Source: Longimicrobiales bacterium
GTDB taxonomy: Bacteria > Gemmatimonadota > Gemmatimonadetes > Longimicrobiales > Gaopeijiaceae
DNA length: 64,000 nt
Assembly (NCBI GenBank): GCA_965202985.1
Contig: CBDBCF010000002.1
Span: 576,001 to 640,000 of the forward strand
Direction: 5' to 3'
The notes under the pieces were generated by a model. The model had not been told where the DNA came from. It worked only from the letters and a program-made list of their open reading frames with translations, and did no database searches. The position numbers and the translations under genes are program-made. This document shows positions 20,301-27,785 of this stretch, in pieces (the first letter of the stretch is position 1; each line of letters starts with the position of its first letter).

Positions 20301-23300
20301 TCTCGAACGCTTGATGCTCCAAGCTCAACAAGGCGTCCGTCGTACCGCCCGCAACGTCGATCGTACCGCCGTTCAGCGTCAACGCGCTCGTGCCAACGCT
20401 CAATCCGTCCGCGTCCACGTCCGCCGTCACCACCACGTAACGGAACACCAGCGCCGCCGTGCCCGTCCCCGACGCATACGCAGCCTGTCGCGTCTGCGAA
20501 CCGATCCCCAGTGCGAGCCGCGGCGTGCCCGTCACGTCCACCGACTTGTTGAACCGCACCGTCGCAACCACCGTGTCGCCGCGCTCGAACGTCGTGCCCG
20601 TCGGCGGCGACGCCACCGTCAGGCCCGTCACCCCCGGCGGACCCAGCCCGCCGTTCACCTTGTGCGAAGCGTCGTTCGTCACCGCGCTCGAACCCAGCCC
20701 CAGCGCAGCAGCAGCCGCGCCCGGACGCACATCGGCGATCGTACCGCCGTTCAACGTCAGCGCGCTCGCGCCGATGCTGAGCCCGTCCGCGTCCGCGTCC
20801 GAAGGACGGACCGCGTAGCCGAACACCAGCGTGTCCGCCTTGCTCGTCGCCGACTCGTAGCTCGCCTGACGAGCGACCGTCCCAATCGTCAGCGCCAGAC
20901 GCGGCGTGCCCGTCACCGCCACAGGCCGCCCGAACGCCACCTTCACCTCGATCGACTCGCCCAGCTGGTACGTCTGACCGCTCGCCGGAGCGCTCGATAT
21001 CGTCACCGCGCTCACAGCCGGCACCGTGAACGTGCCGCCCGCCACTTGGTGGCCGCCGCTGTTCGTCACCGCGCTCGCGCCCAGCCCCAACGTCGCGTCC
21101 AGCGTCCCGCCAGCCAGACGGATCGTCCCGCCGCTCAACGTCAACGCGCCCGCCCCGATGCTGAGCCCGTCCGCGTCCGCGTCGCCGCTCGCCACCACGT
21201 ACCGGAACACCAGCGACGTCGTGCCCGTCCCGCTCGCGTAGCTCGCCTGCCTGGTCGCTGAACCGATCGTCAGCGCGAGTCGCGGCGTGCCCGTCACGTC
21301 CACTGCACGGTTGAACACCAGCTCGACCTCGATCGTCTCGCCACGCTCGAACTCGTCGCCCACCACGGGAGAACCGATCGTCAGCGCACTCACTCCCGGC
21401 GGCCCCAGGTTGCCGTCCACCTTGTGCGCAGCATCGTTCGCGATCGCGTGCGTGCCCAGCCCCAACGTCGCCGCCGTCGTGCCGCCCGAAAGCACGATCG
21501 TACCGCCGTTCAGAGCCAACGCGCTCGCACCGATGCCGATCCCCGTCGAGTCCGCGTCCACCGCAACCACCACGTAGCGGAACACCAGCGCCCACGTACC
21601 CGAACCGCGCGCGTAGCTCGCCTGACGCGTCAGCGTGTCGATCGACAACGCCAGCTGCGGCACCCCCGTCACCGCCACCGAACGCTCGAACTCGACCTCC
21701 ACCTCGATCGCCTCCGTACGTCCGTACGTGCTGTCGCCCGCCGGCGCGCTCGATATCGTCACGCCGCTCACCCCTGGCGCCACCTCCTTCGTCCCGTCCA
21801 CCTGGAACGCCGCCGCGTCCGCGAAGTTCCACGGAACCAGCGACAACCGAGCGTCCGTCGTCGTGCCCGTCGCACGAATCGTCGCGCCGCCCGGCAGCGT
21901 CAGAGCGTTCGCACCGATGCTGATCCCCGTCGCGTCCGCGTCCGCAGCAACCACCGTGTAGCAGAACACCAAGATGGCGCCGCCCGACGTCGTGCCGCAC
22001 TGCGCAGCGCTCCGCGTCTGCGCACCGATCCCCAAAGCCAGTCGCGGCGTGCCCGTCGCCGTCACGCTCGTGCTGAAGCTGATGCCCACCCGAATCTCGT
22101 CCCCAAGTCCGAACACGCTGTCCGTGCTCGCGTACGCGAGTCCGCTGTTCGCCGCCGACAGGAAGAACGCGGCCCTCACGACAGGCACGTCGCCCCGCAC
22201 CTTGTGCGCCGAAGCGTTCGTGATCGCATGGCTCCCCAACCCCAGACTCGCCGCCGTCGATCCGTCCCGCACGTCGACGATCGTCCCCCCGTTCAAGGCC
22301 AGAGCGCTCCCACCAATGCTCAACCCGTCCGCGTCCACGTCCGACGCCGCCACCACGTACCGGAACTCCAGCGCGCCCGTCCCCGTACCGCTCGAATAGT
22401 CCGCCTGTCGCGTCGAGTCGCCGATCGACAGCGCCAGTTGCGGCGTGCCCGTCGCCGTCACCGGCCGCACGAACGACACCGTCGCCGCGATCGTGTCTGC
22501 GAAGCCGTATGCATTGTCGGCGCCCGCGCTGCTGGAAATCGCCACGCCGGTCACCGTCGGCGCCGTCAACTGCGAACCCGCGACCTTGTGGCCCGCGCTG
22601 TTCGTGACCGCGTTCCCGCTGCCCACCCAAGGCACCCCAAGAAACGTGTTCGTGGTCGTGCCCGCCTCTCTGATCGTCGAGCCCCCCGTCAACTGCAACG
22701 CGTTGCCTACGATGCTGATGCCGTCGCTGTCGGAGTCCGCCGACTGCACTACGCGGTGGAACTCCAAAGTGTCCGTGCCCGTGCCCGAAGCGTACGTCGC
22801 CCCCGCGAAGTTGTTCGACCCGATCGCCACCCACACCGTCGGAACGCCGGTCACATCCACCGAGTCGGTGTAGACCAGCGTCACCTTGATCGTGTCGCCA
22901 CGCTCGAACGTGTCGCCCACCGTCGGCGACCCCAGCGACAAGCTCGCTATGCGCGCAGCACCCGCCACCTTGTGGCCCGCGCTGTTCGACACCGCGTCCT
23001 GACCCGCATGGGGCCAGGGCGTGTCGTGCAACGCGCTCGTGGTGGTGCCCGCCTCTCTGATCGTCGAGCCACCCGTCAACTGAATCGCGTTGCCGTACAA
23101 GCTCAGGCCGTCGTTGTCGTGGTCCCCAGCCTCCACCACGTAGCGGAACTCCAGAGTGTCCGTGCCCGTGCCCGACACGTACGTCGCCGGCCTGTGCGTA
23201 GCCGACGTGAGCTTCAGCCACGCCGTCGGAACGCCCGTCACGTCCACCGAGTCCGAGTAGACCAGCGTCACCACGATCGTGTCGCCGCGCTCGAACACGT

Positions 23301-26300
23301 CGCCCGTCGGCGGCCGTCCCACCGAAACGCTCGTCACGCGCGCCGAGCCCGCCACCTTCCATCTGGGATCGTCCACTATCGTCAGCGACGCGTCTATCCA
23401 TGGATTCACGTTGATCTGGTTGGCGTCCCTGATCGTACCCCCGTTCAGGTCGACGGCGTCGCTCAGTATCCCCACCCCGGTTTTGTCCTCGATCCCCGAC
23501 TGCACCACGTAGCGAAACTCCAACTGGCTCGTGCCCGACCCCGAGTGGTAGTTCGCCCAGCCCTGACCAGCGCCCAGCCAGATCCTCGCCCGCGGCGTGC
23601 CCGTCACGACGGTCGTCTCCCTGAAAGCCAGCGTCACCTTCACCGTGTCGCCTCTCGCGAAGATCGAGTCCTCGCCCGCCGAGTTGACCGACAACCCCGT
23701 CACCTTGTTGCTCGTGGGAAGCACCTTGTGCGTCGCGTCGTCGGTGACCACGTGGGTCAGCAAACTGACGACCGCGTTTACCGTCGTGGCCACCCGCCTG
23801 ATCGTCCCGCCGTTCAGCGTCAGCGCGTCCGCCAAATAGCTGATCCCCGTGCTGTCCGTGTCCGCCGCCACCGTGACGTAGCGGAACGTCAGCGAATCGC
23901 CGCCCGTACCCGACACGTAGTTCGCTTGCCGCGTCGCCGCACCGATCTCCAACGCCAGCCGCGGCGTGCCCGTCACGTTCACGTTCTCGTTGAACAGCAC
24001 GGCCACCTCGATCGTGTCGCCGAAAGCGTAGGTGCTGTCGGTCCCAGGATCGCTCGCGATCGCCGTGCCCGTCACGTGCGGCAACCCCTGCACGCCCCAC
24101 ACCCTGTGCGCCGCCGCGTTCGTCACCGCGTGGACCGTCAACCCCAAGACCGCGTCCACCGTCGTGCTGCCCGCACGCCTGATCGTCCCGCCGTTCAGCG
24201 TCAGCGCGCTCTCGCCGATGCTCAACCCGTCCGTGTCGACGTCTCCCGCCACCACCGTGTAGCGGAACGTCAGCGAATCGCCGCCCGTGCCCGACGCGTA
24301 GCTCGCCTGTCTCGTCTGCGAACCGATCGTCAACGCCAGCTGCGGCGTGCCCGTCACGTCCACATTCTCGACGAACACCACGCCGACCTCGATCACGTCG
24401 CTCACGGCGTAGGCGCTGTCGTTCCCCGCGTCGCTCGCAATCGCCACGCCGGTGACGACCGGCGGCCCCGTGGCACCGTTCACCTTGTGGGCGGCGTCGT
24501 CGGCGACGACTTGGGTCCCCAGGTTCAGGTACGCGTCCCGCGGGCTGCCCCCATACAGGACCGTCCCCTTGATCGTCCCCCCGTTCAGAGTCAGCGCGCT
24601 CGCCGAATAGCTGATCCCGGTGTTGTCCGCGTCCGCCGGCGTCACCGCGTAGCGGAACGTCAGCGAATCGCCGCCGCTGCCGGAGACGTAGTCCGCCTGC
24701 CGCGTGTTCGCGCCGATCGTCAACGCCAGCCGCGGCGTGCCCGTCACCGCCACGTTCTCGTCGAAGACCACACCGACCTCGATCACGTCGCCCCGCACGT
24801 ACGTGCTGTCGTTCCCCGCGTCGCTCGTGATCGACGTCCGCTGAACGTCCGGCACGCCCCGCAGGCCGTCGACCTTCCTGGTGGCGTCGTTCATGAAGGA
24901 CACCCCCAAAATCGAAAGCGTCGTATTCGCAGCTCTGCCCCCACCACTTACACTGCCGACAAGCGCATCCTCCTCGATGCTTAGGCCATCTGCGTCGACG
25001 TCGGCGGTCGTAATGTAGTATCTGAACGATAAGCTATTCGACCCCACGCCAATGTAATCCATGCGCACCAACCTCGAACCGATCCTGAGGTTAAACCATA
25101 CTTGACCTGCGAAAGGCGGGTTGATACTGCCGTTGAAGTAGACATTGAATCCGAGTTCGTCGCCGAAGGCGAAAGTAGAGTCAGGCCCCGCGTCGGCAAC
25201 CCAGCCAATGCCGTTAATGACCCGCGTGATGCCGTCCACCTTGTGGGCCGCGGCGCTGCTGACAGCATGCGAGCCAAGCGATAAGGTCGCGTCCATCGAG
25301 TCGCTCGAGGCCTTGATCGTCCCGCTGTTCAGTGTCAGCGCGCTCGCGCCGATGCTCAGCCCGTCCGTGTCCTCGTCCGCCCCCACCACCTCGTACCTGA
25401 ACACCAGCGAATCCGATCCGCTGCCCGACACGTAGCTCGCCTGCCGTGTGTTCGCGCCGATCCCCAGCGCCAGCCGCGGCGTGCCCGTCACCCACACCGA
25501 CGCGCTGAACTGGACCGCGACATGGATGTGCTGTGCCTTGTACCACGTCGAATCTGCCGGGGTTGTCGGGAATACGACGCCCGACACGATCGGCGGGGTG
25601 CTCACCTTGTGCGCCGCGGCGTTCGCGATCGCGTGGCTGCCCAGGCTGCTCAGGACCGCGTCCTTCGTCCCCAGCCGGATCGTGCCGCCGTTCAGCGACA
25701 GCGCGCTCGCACCGATGCTGATCCCGTCCGTGTCCGAGTCCGCCGCTACCACCACGTACCGGAACACCAGCGACGCCGAACCCGTCCCACTCGCGTAGCT
25801 CGCCTGCCGCGTCTGCGAACCGATCCCCAAAGCCAACTGCGGCGTGCCCGTCACCGCCACCGCCGAGTCGAACGCCACCGTCACCGCTATCGTGTCGTCA
25901 GCAGCATACGTGCTGTCCGAACCCGCGCTGCTGCTGATCGTCACCCCCGTCACCTTGGGATACCCCTGGGCGCCGTCCACCTTGTGCGCAGCTGCGTTCG
26001 TGATCGCGTTGCTGCCCAGGCTCAGGTTGGCAAAGTCGCCTGATGCGGAGGTTTCCACGCTACCGTTTAGAAACGAGTGGGTGGAGATTCCGTCCGCGTC
26101 CATGTCCGACGTCTGCACAAGGTACCACAGCTCAACCCAGGCGTTCCCTCCGCCCGTGGCTTGGCCTGTGGGGGCAGCCGAGCCAAAGCCGCTAGCGGCT
26201 CCCCCCACCGCATTTCTGTTGACCGACCCGATCGTAATCCTCAAGATGATACCATCGTCGGCGTAGGCGTTTACGCCGAGCGACCAGTACGTCCTGATCT

Positions 26301-26535
26301 TGATGGTGTCGCCCGCCGCGTACGTGCTGTCCGTCCCCGCAGAGCTGACGATCTTCAGACTGTCCAGGTTCGCGGACTGGGCGCTCAGCGGCGGCGCCGC
26401 CGTGGTCCCGAGCGCTGCCAGCAGGCCGAGGGCCGCGAGCGCGGTTCTCGCTACCGGCATCGCGTGCGTCCAGAACCGGGCCGGGCCGGTCGAAGGGCAA
26501 GGGGGGGGGGGGGGGGGGGGGGGATTCGTCATCAT
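11359..26535 (-). CDS. Giant repetitive autotransporter-like adhesin 1 (5058 aa)
   Basis: Signal peptide (..ALAALGLLAALGTTAAPPLSA-Q). 29 modules of about 125 aa (VTGTPQLALTIG.QTRQASYASGTGT..LVFRY.V...DADADGLSIG..ALALNGGTI..HKV) at about 26365-15255. 5 cadherin-like repeats (FELAEN, DPD, DVNEAP) plus one Ig-like domain at about 15240-13430. Amphipathic beta-barrel from WTVWGQ (about 12690) to the terminal ..GRIVF. Confidence 0.88.
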   Translation of the reverse strand: MMTNPPPPPPPPCPSTGPARFWTHAMPVARTALAALGLLAALGTTAAPPLSAQSANLDSLKIVSSAGTDSTYAAGDTIKIRTYWSLGVNAYADDGIILRITIGSVNRNAVGGAASGFGSAAPTGQATGGGNAWVELWYLVQTSDMDADGISTHSFLNGSVETSASGDFANLSLGSNAITNAAAHKVDGAQGYPKVTGVTISSSAGSDSTYAADDTIAVTVAFDSAVAVTGTPQLALGIGSQTRQASYASGTGSASLVFRYVVVAADSDTDGISIGASALSLNGGTIRLGTKDAVLSSLGSHAIANAAAHKVSTPPIVSGVVFPTTPADSTWYKAQHIHVAVQFSASVWVTGTPRLALGIGANTRQASYVSGSGSDSLVFRYEVVGADEDTDGLSIGASALTLNSGTIKASSDSMDATLSLGSHAVSSAAAHKVDGITRVINGIGWVADAGPDSTFAFGDELGFNVYFNGSINPPFAGQVWFNLRIGSRLVRMDYIGVGSNSLSFRYYITTADVDADGLSIEEDALVGSVSGGGRAANTTLSILGVSFMNDATRKVDGLRGVPDVQRTSITSDAGNDSTYVRGDVIEVGVVFDENVAVTGTPRLALTIGANTRQADYVSGSGGDSLTFRYAVTPADADNTGISYSASALTLNGGTIKGTVLYGGSPRDAYLNLGTQVVADDAAHKVNGATGPPVVTGVAIASDAGNDSAYAVSDVIEVGVVFVENVDVTGTPQLALTIGSQTRQASYASGTGGDSLTFRYTVVAGDVDTDGLSIGESALTLNGGTIRRAGSTTVDAVLGLTVHAVTNAAAHRVWGVQGLPHVTGTAIASDPGTDSTYAFGDTIEVAVLFNENVNVTGTPRLALEIGAATRQANYVSGTGGDSLTFRYVTVAADTDSTGISYLADALTLNGGTIRRVATTVNAVVSLLTHVVTDDATHKVLPTSNKVTGLSVNSAGEDSIFARGDTVKVTLAFRETTVVTGTPRARIWLGAGQGWANYHSGSGTSQLEFRYVVQSGIEDKTGVGILSDAVDLNGGTIRDANQINVNPWIDASLTIVDDPRWKVAGSARVTSVSVGRPPTGDVFERGDTIVVTLVYSDSVDVTGVPTAWLKLTSATHRPATYVSGTGTDTLEFRYVVEAGDHDNDGLSLYGNAIQLTGGSTIREAGTTTSALHDTPWPHAGQDAVSNSAGHKVAGAARIASLSLGSPTVGDTFERGDTIKVTLVYTDSVDVTGVPTVWVAIGSNNFAGATYASGTGTDTLEFHRVVQSADSDSDGISIVGNALQLTGGSTIREAGTTTNTFLGVPWVGSGNAVTNSAGHKVAGSQLTAPTVTGVAISSSAGADNAYGFADTIAATVSFVRPVTATGTPQLALSIGDSTRQADYSSGTGTGALEFRYVVAASDVDADGLSIGGSALALNGGTIVDVRDGSTAASLGLGSHAITNASAHKVRGDVPVVRAAFFLSAANSGLAYASTDSVFGLGDEIRVGISFSTSVTATGTPRLALGIGAQTRSAAQCGTTSGGAILVFCYTVVAADADATGISIGANALTLPGGATIRATGTTTDARLSLVPWNFADAAAFQVDGTKEVAPGVSGVTISSAPAGDSTYGRTEAIEVEVEFERSVAVTGVPQLALSIDTLTRQASYARGSGTWALVFRYVVVAVDADSTGIGIGASALALNGGTIVLSGGTTAATLGLGTHAIANDAAHKVDGNLGPPGVSALTIGSPVVGDEFERGETIEVELVFNRAVDVTGTPRLALTIGSATRQASYASGTGTTSLVFRYVVASGDADADGLSIGAGALTLSGGTIRLAGGTLDATLGLGASAVTNSGGHQVAGGTFTVPAVSAVTISSAPASGQTYQLGESIEVKVAFGRPVAVTGTPRLALTIGTVARQASYESATSKADTLVFGYAVRPSDADADGLSIGASALTLNGGTIADVRPGAAAAALGLGSSAVTNDASHKVNGGLGPPGVTGLTVASPPTGTTFERGDTVVATVRFNKSVDVTGTPRLALGIGSQTRQAAYASGTGTAALVFRYVVVTADVDADGLSVGTSALTLNGGTIDVAGGTTDALLSLEHQAFENFLVVNGGLFTASSVSGVSISSSPASDSTYGRTEAIGVEVTFDRNVAVTGAPQLALGIGSQTRQAAYASGSGTKTLTFQYTVVAADADANGLSIGTSALALNGGTIADARDASEAAGLGLGSNAISNAAAHKVDGAQGPPGVIGVVVGSPPVGDTFERGDAVAATVTFNRPVAVTGTPQLALGIGTQTRQASYASGSGTASLVFQYTVVQADVDADGLSIGTSALALNSGTIRLSGGTLDATLGLGTHAISNSGSHKVAGGTFTASSVSGVAISSSPSSGDTYGLGEEIEVEVTFVRPVNVTGAPQVALTVGAATRQAEYASGTGTKTLTFGYEVVAGDADANGIGIGTSALALNSGTINDARDGTTAASLGLGSSAVSNAAAHKVDGSLGPPGVTGLSIGSPQVGDTFERGETIEVEVVFNKSVAVTGTPQLQLRFSSGSKQADYASGTGTDTLVFRYVVVAADADADGLGIGASDLRLNGGTIRRSGATTDAVLGLGSHAVIRSTGHKVAGGTFTASAVSGVAITSAPSSDSTYGRTEVIEVEVGFTRPVTVTGRPQLALTIGSQTRQASYASGSGTATLAFRYTVVATDADSTGIGIAATALALNGGTINDARGGTTVASLGLGSNAISNAAAHKVDGSRGPPGVTSLTIGSPVVGDVFERGETIEVSLVFNRSVDVTGEPRLALTIGSATRQAAYASGTGTDSLVFRYVVAAGDADSDGISIGSSALALSGGTIKVAGGTLDATLGLGSSAVTNSGGHKVAGGTFTTPAPSAVTISSVPASGQTYQLGESIEVKVAFGRPVAVTGSPRLALTIGTQTRQAGYESATSKADTLVFGYAVRPSDADADGLSVGASALTLNGGAIADVRPGAAAASLDLGSSAVTNDVSHKVNGGLGPPGVTGLTVAPPPGGTFERGDTVVATVTFNKAVDVTGTPQLALGIGGQTRQAAYASGTGTAALVFRYVVVTADADADGLSVGASALALNSGTIDVAGGTTDALLSLAHHAIGNDGALRVAGGTFTASSVSGVTISSSPAGGGTYGLSEEIEVEVTFDRNVTVTGSPELALTIGTQTRQASYATTTGGRVLSFAYTVVAADADGNGLSIGAGALGLNGGTIVDARDTSEAASLGLGSHAISNAGSHRVDGTQGPPGVSGVSIASPVVGDTFERGDTVVATVVFNKAVDVTGTPQLALGIGSTTKQASYASGTGTASLVFRYVVVTADADADGISIAASALALNGGTIDVAGGTVDAVLGLGTHAVLNSDGHKVAGVTFTAASVSGVALISSPAVATTYGRDERIEVQVTFNRRVTVTGTPRVALTVGAQTRQADYVSGTGTRALTFRYTVVAADADTDGISIGASALALNSGAIADARDGSTAAVLGLGSHALSAAAGHKVDGTLAGASVSGVAVSSTPDSADTYGLGERIEVQVTFDRAVTVTGSPELALTVGTVARQASYAGGSGTATLSFAYRVRGAGSGGSGTGGVDADADGVGVAAAALTLNGGTIVNTADGVRPATLALSAHVIAAAANDKVDGTIEVAPVVVGVAVTSEPVATGLYGAGGVIRVEVTFSRPVDVAGASSSPALAASMSAATAANTAAARLALDVGGTTRHARYVSGSGTAVLAFEYVVRPADRDPDGISIPTDALAESAGALRIAGGTTLVALDLGAHAVTDLVDHAVNGAGSLDPVFGRLEYEFELAENVAGPLPVGEVVATSPLGAEMRYGLESGGEGLFEVDVGSGVVTYVGGGEDAEQRSEYVMLVVAVTDGVGEDEQLETVAKVTVKVVNENDEAPSFVEDGWAFELAEDAAGPLVLGVLEAVDPDEGDTLTYALVAGDAERFELDGETGELRYVGGGEDYEAGAGPWVLEATATDLLGRTARTTATVVVADVNEPPSFADSAYAFELAENAAGPLVLGAVRATDPDRDDPPVYSLAEGDAERFEVDAVTGEVRYVGAGEDAETDPESWQLEVRATDRGGVAASARVVVALLDRNEAPVFAAERYEWEFEENVAGPLVLGAVEAADPDRADTLVYSLSGEGAALFEVDAATGEVRYAGAGEDYETGPASWEFEVVATDGEGLAARAVATVALLDVNEAPAFSDSAYAFELAENAAGPLTLGAVEATDPDRGDAPAYSLALAEGDGARFEVDARTGEVRYVGSGEDYEQGPPTFALTVRATDTGGLTAEAGVSVTLLDVNEGPEAVGAMSPKTLEAYGDAVEEELGQYFRDPDGDALTYAVESSAPAVAAVTVTGAGRLSIAPQAIGEAVVTVRASDPGGLSARQQVRVTVEASRSERARALELTLAAFGRSLGTETVDAIGGRLGLGSSGALGRSHVQLGGRSLACGAPGAVSGGFGGGVPGVASAARDQTDGGVAASADGRTDGDAANAVHEQADAGEGHAEGGDDSGAAGIGGSGHCGLESLVRGATGLLGLQITHPGSAEAAGGTVDLAALFFGDGRGGAFGQPTAGGMGGMGGAYQGRQQPEAGRADRGGLTFNPVDARGLRSQSSFQLAFGGQNGAAAGEASGASASSQAAVRSGWTVWGQANLGEFEGRPRDGFAMDGRTRSAYLGLDYRFGSGFLMGLAGSRSDMEAGFDSDVNGAGSVAARLTSLYPYLHWSSGGGFGVWGLAGAGRGDATLEESAGGRFDTDLEMRMGALGVRQELTGGLALKADAFAVRILSDEVAGLAGVTADAQRVRLAPEIGGQWSLGGGLAMRTRLEVGGRFDGGDAETGMGAEAGAEVGLAHQASGFSMTARGRALLVHQERDFKDWGAGFSLRLQPGGGGESEGGLSFSVEPTWGDAGRGARALWQGGADVWRTAGAGGFGAPGGAARPVGANLPAGTGLAQSPSDPSAQGVSATHGDPAAGASPGPGLPAGAGVLPSATGAPGWAPDRLAMEVGYGVMLAGGAQVKPFGRWSREGPTGHRVNVGTRWSLLGGETTGQEPAAPGLRLMMDLFGEHIASGVQPPERRIGLSGRIVF
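26501..26523 (-). repeat. C23 homopolymer (G23 on +) just after the start codon of adhesin 1
   Basis: ATG ATG ACG AAT (C)23 TTGC...; in frame, encodes a poly-Pro run. Confidence 0.9.
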
Positions 26536-26624
26536 TTTCGTCGCCTACAAATTGGGCTCTTCGCTTAAAATTGCTTGCTGGGACCGACTCCGGGGCGTTG
26601 CGTGACAAGATAAACAAACGTTGC

Positions 26625-27785
26625 TCAGAGCGGCACCACGGCCGTGGCCTCCACTTCGACCAGGGCCGCCGGGTGGACCAGAGCGGATACGGCCACGAGG
26701 GACATGGCGGGGAAGTGCTTGCCGAAGACCGCCCGGTATCGGACCCCGATCTCGGACAGGGAGCTGCGGTAGGCGGTCATGTCGGTGACGTAGACGACCA
26801 TGCGCCCCACGTCGGCCGGGCGACCTCCGGCAGCCTCCACGACCCGCGCCACGTTGGCCAGCGCCGCGCCGAACTGCTCGGGCAGCGTCGAGGCCGCGAT
26901 TCGCCCGGAGGAGTCCGCGGCGATCTGGCCCGCCACGAAGAGCGCGCGGCCGCCGGGGCGCGCCAGCATTCCGTTGTTCCAGCCCCGGGGACGGCCGAGC
27001 GCGGGAGGGTTGACGATCTCGAAGGCCGGCGAAGGTTCGACCGCCGGGGCGCCTCCGGCGGACATGCGCGCCATCACGTCCTGGGCCACCTCCTCGGGCT
27101 GAAGCAGGCGGCCTTCGGGCTGAGTCCGGGCGATCCGGTCCCGCACCTCGTCCGGGGTTCGGCCGGTCTTGGCCGCGACGCGTCGCGTGTTCTCGTCGGT
27201 CATGGGCGTGTCCACGTAGCCCGGGCAAACCGCGTCGGCCACGACGCCCGTGCCGGCGAGCTCGGCCGCCAGGCACCGGGTCATGCCCAGGAGGGCGTGC
27301 TTGGAGGCGGCATACGCGGCGATGTACCGGGCGCCGGCCAGGGCGGCCACCGAGGCCACGTTGACGATGCGCCCCCACCGCTGTTCCAGCATCGCGGGGA
27401 GGAACGCCTGGGTGCACAAGAGCGGTCCGGTGGCGTTCACGCGGTGAAGGGTCTCCCAATCGTCGAGCGAGATTCGGGCGAACGGCGCCGAAGCGGACGC
27501 CCCGGCGTTGTTGACCAGGACGAGAGGCGGCGTGCCCAGCAGCTCGCGGGCCCGTCTCGCCATGGAACGGACGGAGGCCGTGTCGGCCACGTCGCACACG
27601 ACGGCGTGGGCCTCGGCGCCCCGACCGCGCAGCGCTTCGGCCACGGCGCGAACCTGGGCGGCCGTTCGCGCGGCGACCACTACCCTTGCGCCGGCGGCCG
27701 CGAGCGCCTGGGCCACGGCGGCCCCGATCCCTCGGCCACCGCCGGTCACCACCGCCCCCTTCCCCGCCAAGTCCCCGCCGGTCAC
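26625..27785 (-). CDS. SDR oxidoreductase fused to a RidA/YjgF-family domain (AbmB + AbmF-like)
   Basis: GTG 27785 overlaps the upstream stop. SDR motifs TGGGRGIG, VNNAG, YAASK, PGYVDT, then without a stop PRGWNNG..LFVAGQIA..FGKHFPAMSLVAVSAL..LVEVEATAV (RidA). Confidence 0.85.
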   Translation of the reverse strand: MTGGDLAGKGAVVTGGGRGIGAAVAQALAAAGARVVVAARTAAQVRAVAEALRGRGAEAHAVVCDVADTASVRSMARRARELLGTPPLVLVNNAGASASAPFARISLDDWETLHRVNATGPLLCTQAFLPAMLEQRWGRIVNVASVAALAGARYIAAYAASKHALLGMTRCLAAELAGTGVVADAVCPGYVDTPMTDENTRRVAAKTGRTPDEVRDRIARTQPEGRLLQPEEVAQDVMARMSAGGAPAVEPSPAFEIVNPPALGRPRGWNNGMLARPGGRALFVAGQIAADSSGRIAASTLPEQFGAALANVARVVEAAGGRPADVGRMVVYVTDMTAYRSSLSEIGVRYRAVFGKHFPAMSLVAVSALVHPAALVEVEATAVVPL

